Assembly: GCA_021432655.1 (NCBI GenBank)
Contig: MU271500.1
Location: 1-38,904, forward strand
Source: Atractiella rhizophila
Taxonomy: Eukaryota
Length of the DNA: 38,904 bases
Reading direction: 5' to 3'
The notes beneath the pieces are model-generated. The model ran no database searches and was not told the DNA's origin. It saw nothing but the letters and a program-made list of their open reading frames with translations. Position numbers and translations under genes: made by a program. Positions within the stretch are counted from its first letter, which is position 1, and every line of letters starts with the position of its first letter. Positions 1-10,354 of the stretch are shown piece after piece.

Positions 1-760
1 AACAGTGCTTATACAGCTTTTACGGAGAGAATCGAAAGGCACTAGTAGACATTGCTGAATCCATTGACTACTGTATCAAGCTCATTTCTGTTCGTTTCCC
101 CCTCCAACACCATCCTGCCACGACCACCAGTGAAACACTATCCCGTACCATCTCTTTTTTTCCCATGGCGTCAACCATGACTACTAGTCTAAATGGAAGC
201 TTCAAGAACTCAACAGGTTGTAATTCAGGACATTTGCATTCAACAGTGCAACATCAACCTCAGACTCAGGCGAGAAGAAACTCCAGGCCCGTGTCTCTGT
301 CTCCAGCATTGGAACCCAGTCAGGGGTTTATTCAACCCTCAACTGAACACTTCTCCCAATCAATCAGCCACAGGATAGCTTTTTTGCTTGTCCTTTGTGT
401 TGAGATTTTGACTGGTGCGGAATTGCTGTCTTCGATGGTGTCAGAAGGCGACAGGGGCTGGGTTAAGCATGAGAGCATGGGATCAGACTCTCTATCAGCT
501 CATATTGGCAAGGCTGCTTGAGAAAGCAGTATCATCCCATGTGCCAGTGGTCCGCTTCGTGGTGTATTTGTTGTTTACATTACTCTTCGCCAGTATTAAA
601 GCCTTTGTGATCCTGTCCAGAAATGGCTTATTGTCAATAATGTCTCTCGTTCATAAGGCCCACCTATCGACTCTTCGTTTGCTGTGTATTCAGTTAGCAG
701 TACTCAAACTTATCAATATTCCAGCTAGGTCAACATATTACAGATTGAGGAAAGTCCTAT

Positions 761-2419
761 TCAAAATCCGCATGCTAACGCCATTACCATGTACTCATCG
801 TCATGTTTATGATGGATCTCATAAAAGCGAAATGTTTCATCTAATTCATCATTTCCACACACCAGTTCAAAGCCAACATCCCGCTGATTGGCTATCCCCT
901 TTAACTCCTGTAAATTTTCTTCCGTCCATGCACCGTAGAAGAGGCTAAGATATATCTTCAAGTGTCCTTCTCGTTGGTAGAAGTAAGGGATACAAGTGAG
1001 AAAATCTGAGAAATGCACAATACAAAACCTCACGTCAAGTTGACAAACATCCGTGTGAATCATCAACTGATAGAAGAAATTGCTTGGTAAGATATTGCTG
1101 GTTTCGTGGCCACCATCTACTTGGACTGACCTAAGGATGAAACAATCGAATAACTCAATTGGTTTCTTAAAGACAATTTGACTAGCGTCGAACTGGAGAC
1201 TGGGTCTGTAGATTAAGCGAAGTGTAGAAAGTGTCTGTGCTTGTTGAGAAGATAGTGATGGAAGGCCAGCATCTAATGACCATAGTGAACAATTGGAAAC
1301 AGTTTGCACTACTGAAGTCACGGTCTTCATGAACTGAGCACTTCCATTCTCGATCTCTATCACTTTCAAGTGTAATAGTGGGACCTCATCAGACATGTCA
1401 AGATTTACTGTGAGGGGGGAGTGCAGCTGTAGCAAGTAAACAAAAGACAACACCAAGTAAGATTTACTGTGGAGCAAAAAGTAGATGACTCTAGTTTCAT
1501 CCCAACCAATGAGATGAAGACATTCTATCGTGTCCAAGTCTGCCAATTGGATCAAAACGGATCTGAGTGCTTCTGTGGACGGATATGACAGCTTGACCTC
1601 AGAAATTTGAGGTTGAAACAGCTTGATAGTAGCCAAGAGTTGAAGGGGATTAATTCCGGCCTTGTGATCATCAGAATCGTAGTTAAACTGATACCACAAC
1701 CTTTGAAAAACTGGAGACTGAGCAAACAAGCGGAGCTTGCTCCCCCCACTTTCTGGCTCATTTGCATACCCCAACAGTTGCTGACACCACTTTCGACAAA
1801 CCAATCGATATGTCCAGAAGTTTCTGTATGATGAATGCAGATACAGACACCGGAAGATCCCATCCATAATTTCCAGAGGTAACAGGGAAATTGGAGAAAA
1901 GCTGCCAGCTCTTAATGGTCGATCTGAAGAAGGGTAGTGACTCGAAGCAACAACATGATGGACAGCTTCTGGATGAGTAAAATAAGGGCGGCGTCCTATA
2001 TCGTATGTTGACTGCCAGTGACCATTAAGACTGAGTGATATGTCCCCAGAAAAGGAGGAGAAAAACTTTGCTTCGTCAAAATCGGGCTGAACCGAACTTG
2101 GACTGAACCCTGTGTCAACAATGCCGAGACGGACTTCACAGTCACAGTCACAGAAACCTATATAAACATTAAGGGAGTAAGATGTAGGACTGTCAGCAGC
2201 ATCTGATCCGACATGAAAATAAGATCCTTTCGCTTTTAACACTCGAACTTGCTCGAAGGTCAAAAATTTGTGAAAAAGACTTCGCGACAGAGCTGATATA
2301 TCGCAGAAGAGAAAGATGTGTAACATGCGAGCATTGGTTAGGGCTACAAAAGATTTGCTTAAAAATATAGTCAGAGGATTTCTACAACCTGTCCCTCCTG
2401 CAATTGTGCTTGGTGTCAC
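761..2419 (-). CDS. F-box domain protein A with putative LRR-like C-terminal region; true start uncertain
   Basis: 552-codon ORF with an F-box-like motif PISLLPLEIMDGIFRCL...YRLVCRKWCQQL at ~1893-1775, followed by LxxLxL-type segments (LDTIECLHL, LLHLKVIEI, LSTLRLIY). The ORF begins at GTG, so the N-terminus may be overextended. Confidence 0.65.
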   Translation of the reverse strand: MTPSTIAGGTGCRNPLTIFLSKSFVALTNARMLHIFLFCDISALSRSLFHKFLTFEQVRVLKAKGSYFHVGSDAADSPTSYSLNVYIGFCDCDCEVRLGIVDTGFSPSSVQPDFDEAKFFSSFSGDISLSLNGHWQSTYDIGRRPYFTHPEAVHHVVASSHYPSSDRPLRAGSFSPISLLPLEIMDGIFRCLYLHSSYRNFWTYRLVCRKWCQQLLGYANEPESGGSKLRLFAQSPVFQRLWYQFNYDSDDHKAGINPLQLLATIKLFQPQISEVKLSYPSTEALRSVLIQLADLDTIECLHLIGWDETRVIYFLLHSKSYLVLSFVYLLQLHSPLTVNLDMSDEVPLLHLKVIEIENGSAQFMKTVTSVVQTVSNCSLWSLDAGLPSLSSQQAQTLSTLRLIYRPSLQFDASQIVFKKPIELFDCFILRSVQVDGGHETSNILPSNFFYQLMIHTDVCQLDVRFCIVHFSDFLTCIPYFYQREGHLKIYLSLFYGAWTEENLQELKGIANQRDVGFELVCGNDELDETFRFYEIHHKHDDEYMVMALACGF

Positions 2420-2439
2420 GACTGATGAAACAATTTAGC

Positions 2440-3066
2440 TTCATGCCAGTTGGCTGGAAATCAACGTACATCTCTTCACACCTTGCTCTTGGTTATCTCT
2501 TGCAAAAGTCTGATCTATCTGATCATGCATGTCTGCCTCTACTCAGTCAGTGGACTCACAGACGCTGGTGAACCACCCCTGAGGGTACCAAACTCGTTTG
2601 CGAAGTGTCAATACATATTGAGAGTAAGAGATTTTTTTGACGGGTATGACGGGTATGGTACAATTCAACTTGCTCCAATTACACCGTATCGACCATTCCT
2701 CCTTGAATTTATGATACGGTACGGCTCATGAAGGACTACAGACAGTTCGGCTGCTGTCATTGATATGGATGCATCTAAGCATCTCCTCTCCTCCCTACAC
2801 AATTCCGTCCTCTCCACCCACCTCTCCTCCTGCTTCTTTAGTTGACATGCATCACCGTATATTTGCATCCTCACGAATCAATATCGGACATATTTCCCCT
2901 GCTTGCAATGTCACGTCGCCTGAAATTTTTGCACTTCCAGTCTGGAGTCACAAGTTTCGGAGTGCCAGAAGAAAGTTTCGAGCCCCTTGTGCTTTCTTTA
3001 GTCGAGAGAACCCATCTGACAACCCCTCCTTCCCTCTCGAAGCTCACAACGCTTTACCTCATCCGT
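2440..3066 (+). pseudogene. F-box paralogue D, decayed 5' half (family of genes B and C)
   Basis: QYILRVRDFFDG aligns with RYLFRLQRFFDN of gene C. LTCITVYLHPHESISDIFPLL...PPSLSKLTTLYL aligns with LTGLTIHYVPGQPISEVFPLL...LPSLSNLKSLCL of gene B. Stops and frameshifts are present. Confidence 0.75.
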
Positions 3067-3193
3067 TGGGACAACGTATGAATGTATGGATCGAAAAAAA
3101 ATTTCGCATTTCGAACCTCGATTGTCCTAGTACACTCCTCTCCTTCAAATACAGTAAAGGACTGGCTGTGTTGTCTGGAGGAGGGGTGAGGAC

Positions 3194-3677
3194 AAATTCG
3201 CTGCTGAACCACCTTCGTCAGTATCAGCTACAAAGCTCTGGCCATCTTGAAAAGCGCAAGAGATCCACGGCGGACAGTGTCGCCTTCAAGGATAAAGATC
3301 GAGGCGAAGCAATATCGTGTTCCCTTTGAGTAGAGAGGATAGCGCCAGTAAGCTAAAATCGCAATCTTGTATGTGGAACGCTATTGGTTCGAATGGCGGG
3401 GTATGTATATTCAGCGCGCTAGCTGCAAAGGCCATAGCTTCCATAGACTCGAAATATGGGAGCAGAGGTAGAACATCTAAAACATCATGGTGTATTCGTT
3501 GGAACGGATTCCCATGAAAGCGCAAGGTGTTCAAGCGATTGAACATGAAGGGGATCGGGCGAGATGCCTGTGCTGTTGTGGAGTGAGAGGCAGTTCACAA
3601 ACCAGAAAGCGCATTGTGAGGGAAAGAAGCCCAAGAAGGTTCGCAACATTGACAGATCTGACGCGGCCTGTCCTATA
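3194..3677 (-). pseudogene. F-box paralogue D, downstream part, inverted relative to its 5' half
   Basis: PIGQAASDLSMLRTFL aligns with AIGRTPAELGHVANLL of gene C. FNRLNTL...DVLDVLPLLPYFESM...IQDCDFSLLALSSLLK aligns with FPRLRQL...DVLEVLPLLPHFPTM...LQNCDFSYTGLSSLFT of gene C. Confidence 0.8.
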
Positions 3678-3689
3678 GGCACGATGACA

Positions 3690-4290
3690 CTAATAGTCTC
3701 AGTTCAATTTCTGCTCTTCCAGTTACCATGGAGTGGTTTGCTGACGCTTTGTAAACTACCGAACTTGACTTCTGTTCTGGTTGATCGTTTGTTTTGTTGT
3801 ACATTCTACCACCATATTGCGGAAGGTAGGCAGTCTTCTCGCGGGGAGTATCTAAGCAGCAAGGATCCTGATCCTCAAACTCGTACGTGTTGTCAGGCGG
3901 TACTTTTGCTAGTTTCTCTTCGAGTTTCATCATATCATACTCGAGGAAGTCTCCTGTTGTGTCTAATATGGCGTTGGAATGGCCAAAAAATTGTCTCGTC
4001 AACAAATTTTATTTACGCGCTTCAGAGTTTTTATCTCGTAACCACCACTTAAAGCATTCAGGGAAGTTACGCGTTAAAGGGCGCGTAATAAGTTCTAGTA
4101 CATCAGAAACATCACGTACGTTTCTAAACGTCTGCTATCTTTTGGCATTCCCCATGATTTCCTCTCACGATTTCAGCAAAGCTGAAGATGTCTCTATGAA
4201 TGTAACTCGGTTCGTAGACGACAGTTCAGGCTCTCGATTAGAGGTAAATACGAAGCTCGCTGAATTTTGGATCGACATCTCCACTTAAGT
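3690..4290 (-). pseudogene. Possible decayed gene of unknown family (also at ~18000-18620)
   Basis: Protein-like frames broken by stops (LRIYL*SRA*TVVYEPSYIHRDIF...; TTGDFLEYDMMKLEEKLAKVPPDNTYEF). No family recognised. Confidence 0.25.
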
Positions 4291-5040
4291 AAAGAGTGTC
4301 ACAGGAGTAGGCAAAAGGTTGATGACACTAATGGACAGAAACCGTGTGCCAATCTGCACACGAAGTCCTTCAAGGAATGATCCAATATGAAAGACTACGC
4401 AAGTTTCATAACAGCTCGGTGAAGAGGTAAATACGTTGGCACGCAGGATTGGCTTACTTCGGCTACGAGCAGACTAAACGCCATCGATCGAATCCTTCGG
4501 ATTCTTCCACTGCCCTCTCATATCCCTCTCCGTCCTCCCATTCATGCCGCTCGCTCGAGGAGAAACTTGAATGGCTGGGCACCGGACACCTTGATCCATG
4601 GAGGAAAGAGTGAATGGGGTCACATTATCTGTGGTATTAGACCGTGAAAGGGGCTGGCTGCAAAGATCAAAAGTCATGAAGGTAGCTTTATCCAAATCGA
4701 CGTGCCTGATGAGCAGATTGTTCGTGCAATGGTGGCTGAATATTTCGGGAAGGAGAACGTCGAAAGCCAAACAAAAACAACGCATACAAAAGGGCGAAAA
4801 ACGTTTTGGCAGGTGATTTTGTTTATTTTTAGCTCAATTGACTAAGTCGTGCCAAGACAAATCCAAAATCTGCGTTTTCCGCATTGTTTCGTTGCCCTCA
4901 CTCAAAACGACACTCCTTGATCGACATCATTCTTTCCTCACCAGCCTCACCCATTCATATCATATCATCGAGGCCCCACAACGTCGCTCCTTTCACAATC
5001 ACAAACTCTACTAGTAACGTCGACACAACCATAACCACCC

Positions 5041-7304
5041 ATGTCCTCCCCCCAGTCCACCATGTCCACCGCAACAGCAGCAGCCCCCTCTCCCGAGCCA
5101 TCCAACGAGACCGCGACCACCGATGGGCCTCGCAAGCGCCTTCCCGCGCTCCAGACGGGCGGGCTGGAGCCTGAGAGCAAGGAGGAGAGGAAGCTGCGGT
5201 TCACGCCTGCGGGAGTGAAGGCGATGTGGGAGGAGCGGAAGGAGAAGAAGGCGAAGATGAAGAGGCCGCCGACGATGAGGGAGATGGTCCGTTTCTTCCT
5301 TCATATCTCCCTTGATTTAGCGCGTTTGGAGGTGGGAGTTGGAGTAGCTAATTCTTTTGTTGGATGGTCTTGTGGAGCAGATGAGAAGTCTGACCGAGGT
5401 TAATACCTTTTCGAAGGAGCCAACAGTCAGAGAATCCATTCGAGCCTGCGTCACAGTTTCATGGCTCAACCTCTTATTGGTCTTCATTCCCATCTCCTGG
5501 TTCGTCTCTTCACTTTCCCTTCCACTGTAAAGTAATCGACAAAACCAGGGCACTCCATTTTGCCTTCGAAGGCGTTAAGCCTGAGGACTCGAGCTACGTC
5601 GGAAAGAATGTGGCCGTCTTCACAACCGCTTTTCTCGCCATCATCCCGCTCGCCAAGTTGTTGGGATTCGGGACGGAGGAGCTCAGTTTGAGGGTTGGAC
5701 AGACACTTGGTGCGTTCTAATTTGTGGTTAACAAACTGCAGAGAGATGTACTTGAAAGAATGGAGAGGACGTTTTGGTCGCTTTGATGGAGTACCAGAGA
5801 TGATGGCCGAGATGCCAAGAGAATACCAAATCCATTCCCTCTCTGCTTTCGCTACTATAATACTGCTTTGACATGTAGAAAGGTAACATTTGCTAACTGC
5901 GCACACGTGGAATAGGGGGTTTAATGAACGCGACACTGGGCAACGCCGTCGAATTGATCATTGCCATTCTCGCGCTCGTAAAATGCGAACTCCAAGTCGT
6001 CCAGTCCTCCCTCCTCGGCTCCATCCTATCCAATCTCCTCCTCGTGCTCGGAATGACATTCTTCCTCGGTGGACTCCGTTTTTCAGAACAGGGGTTCAAA
6101 GAGACCGCAAGTCAGCTCAACACGAGCTTGCTCATCATGGCCGTCGTAGCTGTACGCCTTCTTCCTCCATTTTCTTTGCATCTGTTGAGCAAGGGAGACG
6201 AATTGTATTGAATGCCGAAACAGGTTCTCATCCCCGCCGGTTTCCACGCAGCCTTCTCGGATATTCCAGACCAGAAAGAGAGGGCCGACATCCTGAAATT
6301 CTCGCGCGGAATAGCCATCATCCTCCTCATCGTCTACGGCGCCTACCTCATCTTCCAGCTCTGGTCGCACGCCCACCTCTACGTAGACCACAACATGGAC
6401 AAGGACAACGAGGCCAAAGACAAGGTCCGGAGGGTGGGAAGCCACAGGATGTTCCGATCCGCACGGTCCATGGCCGCGAGGGGAGGTGGATTGCGACCGA
6501 AGGCCCCGGCGGACTTGGAGGATGGAGAGGAGCCGGAGGAGGAGGAGGAGGAAGAGGTCCCTACCCTTAATTGGCCCGTGGCTCTCACCATGTTGGTCGG
6601 TGTCACGGTCTTGGTCGGCGTGACGAGCGAGTGGCTCGTCGATTCGATCAATGGTGTGACCTCCACAGGCGCCATCAGTGAGCAATGGGTCGGTCTCATC
6701 CTGCTTCCCATCGTTGGTAACGCAGCCGAACATCTCACGGTGCGTTGATTCAACTCACTCCTCATGATGATATACTGATGAAATGAAAATAGGCTGTAAC
6801 GGTGGGAATGCACGACAAACTCGACCTCTCCATCTCCGTCGCCGTCGGCTCTTCCATCCAAATCTCTCTCTTCGTCATTCCCCTCCTCGTCGTCCTCGGT
6901 TGGATCATCGGGAAACCGCTCTCTCTACTTTTTGACCCGTTCGAGAGCATCGTGTTGTTCCTGAGCGTGTTGATTGTTGGGTACGCGACTCAAGATGGAA
7001 AAAGTAACGTGCGTCCTGTTCTCCTTTGTGCAGCCTGCTCGCTGTGCTTTGTGCTGATGCTGTGAGTAGTGGCTCGAAGGGTTTCTTCTGTTCAATGTTT
7101 ATGTCATTATTGCTGTTGCTTTCTGTGAGACTTGACACTTCCCTCAGCTGTGTCTTCTGAACTAATGAGCGAAAACAGGGTTTTATCCCGGTGGAGAGAC
7201 GGTCGAGGCGATGTTCAACTCGGTGAGTTCCAGATTCCATCTCTCAAATCCATGACTACAATGCTCACAACGACAAACAGTGCGAAGCCCTGCCATCGTC
7301 CTAA
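5041..7304 (+). CDS. VCX1: Vacuolar Ca2+/H+ exchanger (CaCA/CAX family), about 9 exons
   Basis: Manual splicing gives [53 protein letters not shown] (alpha-1 repeat), SLLGSILSNLLLVLG, an acidic loop EEPEEEEEEE, LLPIVGNAAEH (alpha-2 repeat), AVGSSIQISLFVIP and QDGKSNWLEG. Introns are GT..AG; the last small exon (7281-7304) is inferred. Confidence 0.93.
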
Positions 7305-7938
7305 CAGAAAGTCCCGACAAAATTCAATGTACTGTTCCTACCTTTTAGTAATATCAGGCGCATGCTTGAACCTTGGCCTCAAATTTGAGAACTTTGAGTC
7401 TCCATTGGATTCTAGGTTTCGACATCCACGATATGGTAGACGATGTTGTGGTGGCTTTGCTCTTCCGTGTATAGTTTTGGGAAAGGCTTTGACAATGCAT
7501 ACACGGATATTGATTTGGCCTGCGATCTCCTCTGATTCCCATGAAAAGTTTATAACGTTACAAGAGCTCTCAATCAACAACGAGAAAGTTGATGCTAGAA
7601 ATATGGAGTTATTTATGCCCTGCCGTAGTCTTGATTTGGTTTGTAGTCGTAGTCGGAATGCGCCGATAATATTTCAGCGGCACAATTTTTGGCGAACGAA
7701 ACGACATTCACAACAATTTAGAGTCAGGAGCGTGTGGGCGAATTTATTGTGCTCATATACCTTTTGCATAGCACAATACTGAGTGCACAGTACGTGACGG
7801 TGTATGTCTCCTGTGCCGTTTTCAGCCAATCATAATTATGAAGAGTTGACGAGCTGGCAGCAGCTTCGCCAATTGGGGTCACCGTCATCGCATTAAGTGA
7901 CGATTCACATCTATATAATACTCGCAACAAGCACCATT

Positions 7939-8394
7939 ATGACAGCCTCGTCCCTTCCTCAAGCGTTACGTCACTTCATGCGCTCCGTCCCCCAGCCCAT
8001 CTTCACGCTCACCTCTCCCCTCCTGCCGACACACAAAGTCCTCCTCTCCTCCTTCTCCTCCATCTCCCTCTCCCCACCCCTCGTCTCCTTCGCCATCCTC
8101 ACCGGAGGGCGTATGGACACAGCGCTGCAGCAGAACTCAAGAGCGGAGGTAGCACTGCTCGAGAAGGAGGGTGGGAAACGGCGGTGGATGGACCTAGAGA
8201 TGAGGACGCGGACGGAGTTGAAGCATGTCGTGGATGGAGGCATATCCGCTACTCATGGGGCGGAAGAGGAGAAGGAAAGCACGCTCTGGATCGCGAGAGT
8301 TGTGCGGTTACATGAACCTTTAGATGGAGGGATGTGTGAACCGCTCGTCACATTCAAACGGGGGTATTGGGAGTTGGGAACAAAAGTACGGTAG
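7939..8394 (+). CDS. Flavin reductase-like domain protein (FMN-binding split barrel)
   Basis: LRHFMRSVPQPIFTLT...SSFSSISLSPPLVSF...LWIARV...PLVTFKRGY matches the flavin-reductase-like pattern. ATG at 7939. Intact in both copies. Confidence 0.75.
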   Translation: MTASSLPQALRHFMRSVPQPIFTLTSPLLPTHKVLLSSFSSISLSPPLVSFAILTGGRMDTALQQNSRAEVALLEKEGGKRRWMDLEMRTRTELKHVVDGGISATHGAEEEKESTLWIARVVRLHEPLDGGMCEPLVTFKRGYWELGTKVR

Positions 8395-8413
8395 CTGGAG
8401 GAAGTATAAGGAA

Positions 8414-8625
8414 GTAGATAAGTGGGTTTTCGAAACATCTCGCCGTATGAAGCTGAAATGCAGGATTCAGGGCATAAAAGTAGCTACTAGAGCATCATTG
8501 CTATTTATTCAGTAATACCATGGATTCTGTTATCAGTGTTCAGCAAACATTGTGGGAACCCGACTCGCTAACTATTTGTTCAACTTGACAGAAACACAAA
8601 CGATGCCGCAACTGAAGATGAGATG
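8414..8625. repeat. ~200 bp non-coding element 3' of F-box paralogues; also at 17680-17860 (inverted), ~22731-22930, and weakly at 11830-11920
   Basis: gtagataagtg...gctactaga...cagtaata...attctgtt.tcagtgt.cagca.acat...gttcaacttgacagaaaca...gccgcaa.tgaaga is shared with the reverse complement of 17680-17860. Confidence 0.75.
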
Positions 8626-8794
8626 GCCGGCCAAGAATCCCATTCGGAAGCCTGGCTGTCATCCATGAAGTCCACAAAGAGCCAGACTCTGCCATCCGGT
8701 GTAGAAGGAAGGAAGAAAACGCATTGTTACATGGTTTGTTGATCAAGTTGGATCACCTCCGCCATCAAATATCAGATGCTGTCGTGCCGTCACC

Positions 8795-10354
8795 TCAAGC
8801 AGCATCATCCTCCTTGAATTCCACAAAAAGCTCCAACGGCACATTTTGCTTCTCTAGCTCACGTTGTAGAGCTTGAATTGCATTCTTGCCTTCTTGCGTC
8901 TTAACCTCTAACTTGTCCGTATTCGATCCGATAGAGTATCTCTTGATCCGTGGAAACGAATGACGGCCAATAATATCGGCAAAAGCCAGCCAGACTCGTC
9001 CATCTTCCTTTCCGTTAAAGGAAAGAGAGCAACCGTCCGACACCCCGAGGATGGAAAGACAGCTAGTGCAGTCTTGGTGTTGAAACAGGGAGAGAACCGA
9101 CGACGGGAGATCGAGGAGTGCGTTGTTGGTTGACGCTAGATCGGATAACGACAAATAACCCTCAAAATCACTGGCGAAGCGCAAGAGGTCCATGAGCTCA
9201 ACTGTTGAGACTGGATTGACATGAAGAACGATCAGGCTGCGTTTCGTCTTGAACAGGGTCGATAGCCCGCCGTAACTGAAGTCGCAACCTTGCAAGTAGA
9301 CGGCTTTCGATTTAGACACACGAGGTTCGCTTGAAGGAATGTTGAGTTTCAGTGCACAAGCTATGATGGTGACAGTGTCTATAGACGGGAAGTCTGGAAG
9401 TGAAGGCAAGACTTCCAAAATGTCGTAGCGATCTTCCATTTCCACCGAAGACCCGGAAACGGTCAACTGACGCAAGCGATGGAATATGAAAGGGAACTGG
9501 AGGAGATTTCTGTGTTCAGGTCGAGTCGGAGGGAGCAAAAGATCAAGGTCATGCAGTGTAGGAGAAGCCAGCTGAAGGAGATTCGTGATGCTTCCCAACT
9601 CTGATGGGGTCCATGCTGCAGGGTGCAGACAAAGACTCTTGAGATTTGAAAGAGAAGGAAGCTTTGCTGGAACAACCGTATTGATCAAGGAAAGACTTCG
9701 CAGCTCGAAACTATGTTCGGTCACATCAAAATCTATCGTCCCAAAGGAGCATTCCAAGGATTTGAGGTGAGTCGACGTTCCGAGCAGCGGAAATACCTCA
9801 GATATGGGTTGACCAGGAACATAATGGATAGTGAGGCCTGTCAAAGCTGGTAAAGAAGGAAAGGTCCAATTCGCCAAGGTTCGGAACGAGAAAAATCCAA
9901 AGAAGTCGAGTTCAAATGTCAGAGAAGTGATGTAAGGAGCTGCCTTCGAGATGAACAAGCCGACATAGTGGCTAGCCAAAATCGATCCTTCACAGAACCA
10001 TTCCTGGCACCATTCTACGAGGTTGTTCTTCCCGTCCTTATCACACGGCTCCGATGGTTCTTTACACAAAGGCTTGTGGAATGTGAACGAGGCTCCGTTT
10101 ACAGAAATGCTTCGTACGTATCGAAAATTAGATTGGTTTTCGAAAAATCGTTGCAATCGAAATAGGTAACGTTCAAAACGGATAGCCTTGAGCGGATCAT
10201 GCGGAAAGTGGAGGACGATAGGTGTGTTTGAGATAAGCAAAGGACGAGCGATCGATTTCCATTCTGCGCACACCAAGTGGCATTGAAGCAAGTCATGTGT
10301 AGGAAGGAAGGCGAGAATGGCGCCAATGATCTCAACGGGTGCAATGGACCTCAT
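8795..10354 (-). CDS. F-box/LRR-like protein B (519 aa, intronless CDS)
   Basis: N-terminal F-box APVEIIGAILAFLPTHDLLQCHLVCAEWKSIARPLL followed by LxxLxL repeats (LPALTGLTI, LSNLKSLCL, FHRLRQLTV). First ATG at 10354 follows a putative 45-nt 5'UTR intron (10443-10399). Confidence 0.85.
   Translation of the reverse strand: MRSIAPVEIIGAILAFLPTHDLLQCHLVCAEWKSIARPLLISNTPIVLHFPHDPLKAIRFERYLFRLQRFFENQSNFRYVRSISVNGASFTFHKPLCKEPSEPCDKDGKNNLVEWCQEWFCEGSILASHYVGLFISKAAPYITSLTFELDFFGFFSFRTLANWTFPSLPALTGLTIHYVPGQPISEVFPLLGTSTHLKSLECSFGTIDFDVTEHSFELRSLSLINTVVPAKLPSLSNLKSLCLHPAAWTPSELGSITNLLQLASPTLHDLDLLLPPTRPEHRNLLQFPFIFHRLRQLTVSGSSVEMEDRYDILEVLPSLPDFPSIDTVTIIACALKLNIPSSEPRVSKSKAVYLQGCDFSYGGLSTLFKTKRSLIVLHVNPVSTVELMDLLRFASDFEGYLSLSDLASTNNALLDLPSSVLSLFQHQDCTSCLSILGVSDGCSLSFNGKEDGRVWLAFADIIGRHSFPRIKRYSIGSNTDKLEVKTQEGKNAIQALQRELEKQNVPLELFVEFKEDDAA

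Noticed and set aside
4150..4215. YIHRDIF as a kinase catalytic loop
   Set aside because: Lacks the following K/xxN residues and any other kinase motif at suitable spacing.
5890..6861. Overlapping 226, 216 and 160 aa ORFs
   Set aside because: Off-frame or antisense to GC-rich VCX1 exons.
7338..7800. Possible further F-box relic on the minus strand (VPL/EILSVLFRL in copy 2 near 21990)
   Set aside because: Only a few residues, needs a frameshift, no VCxxW half, and the frames differ between copies.
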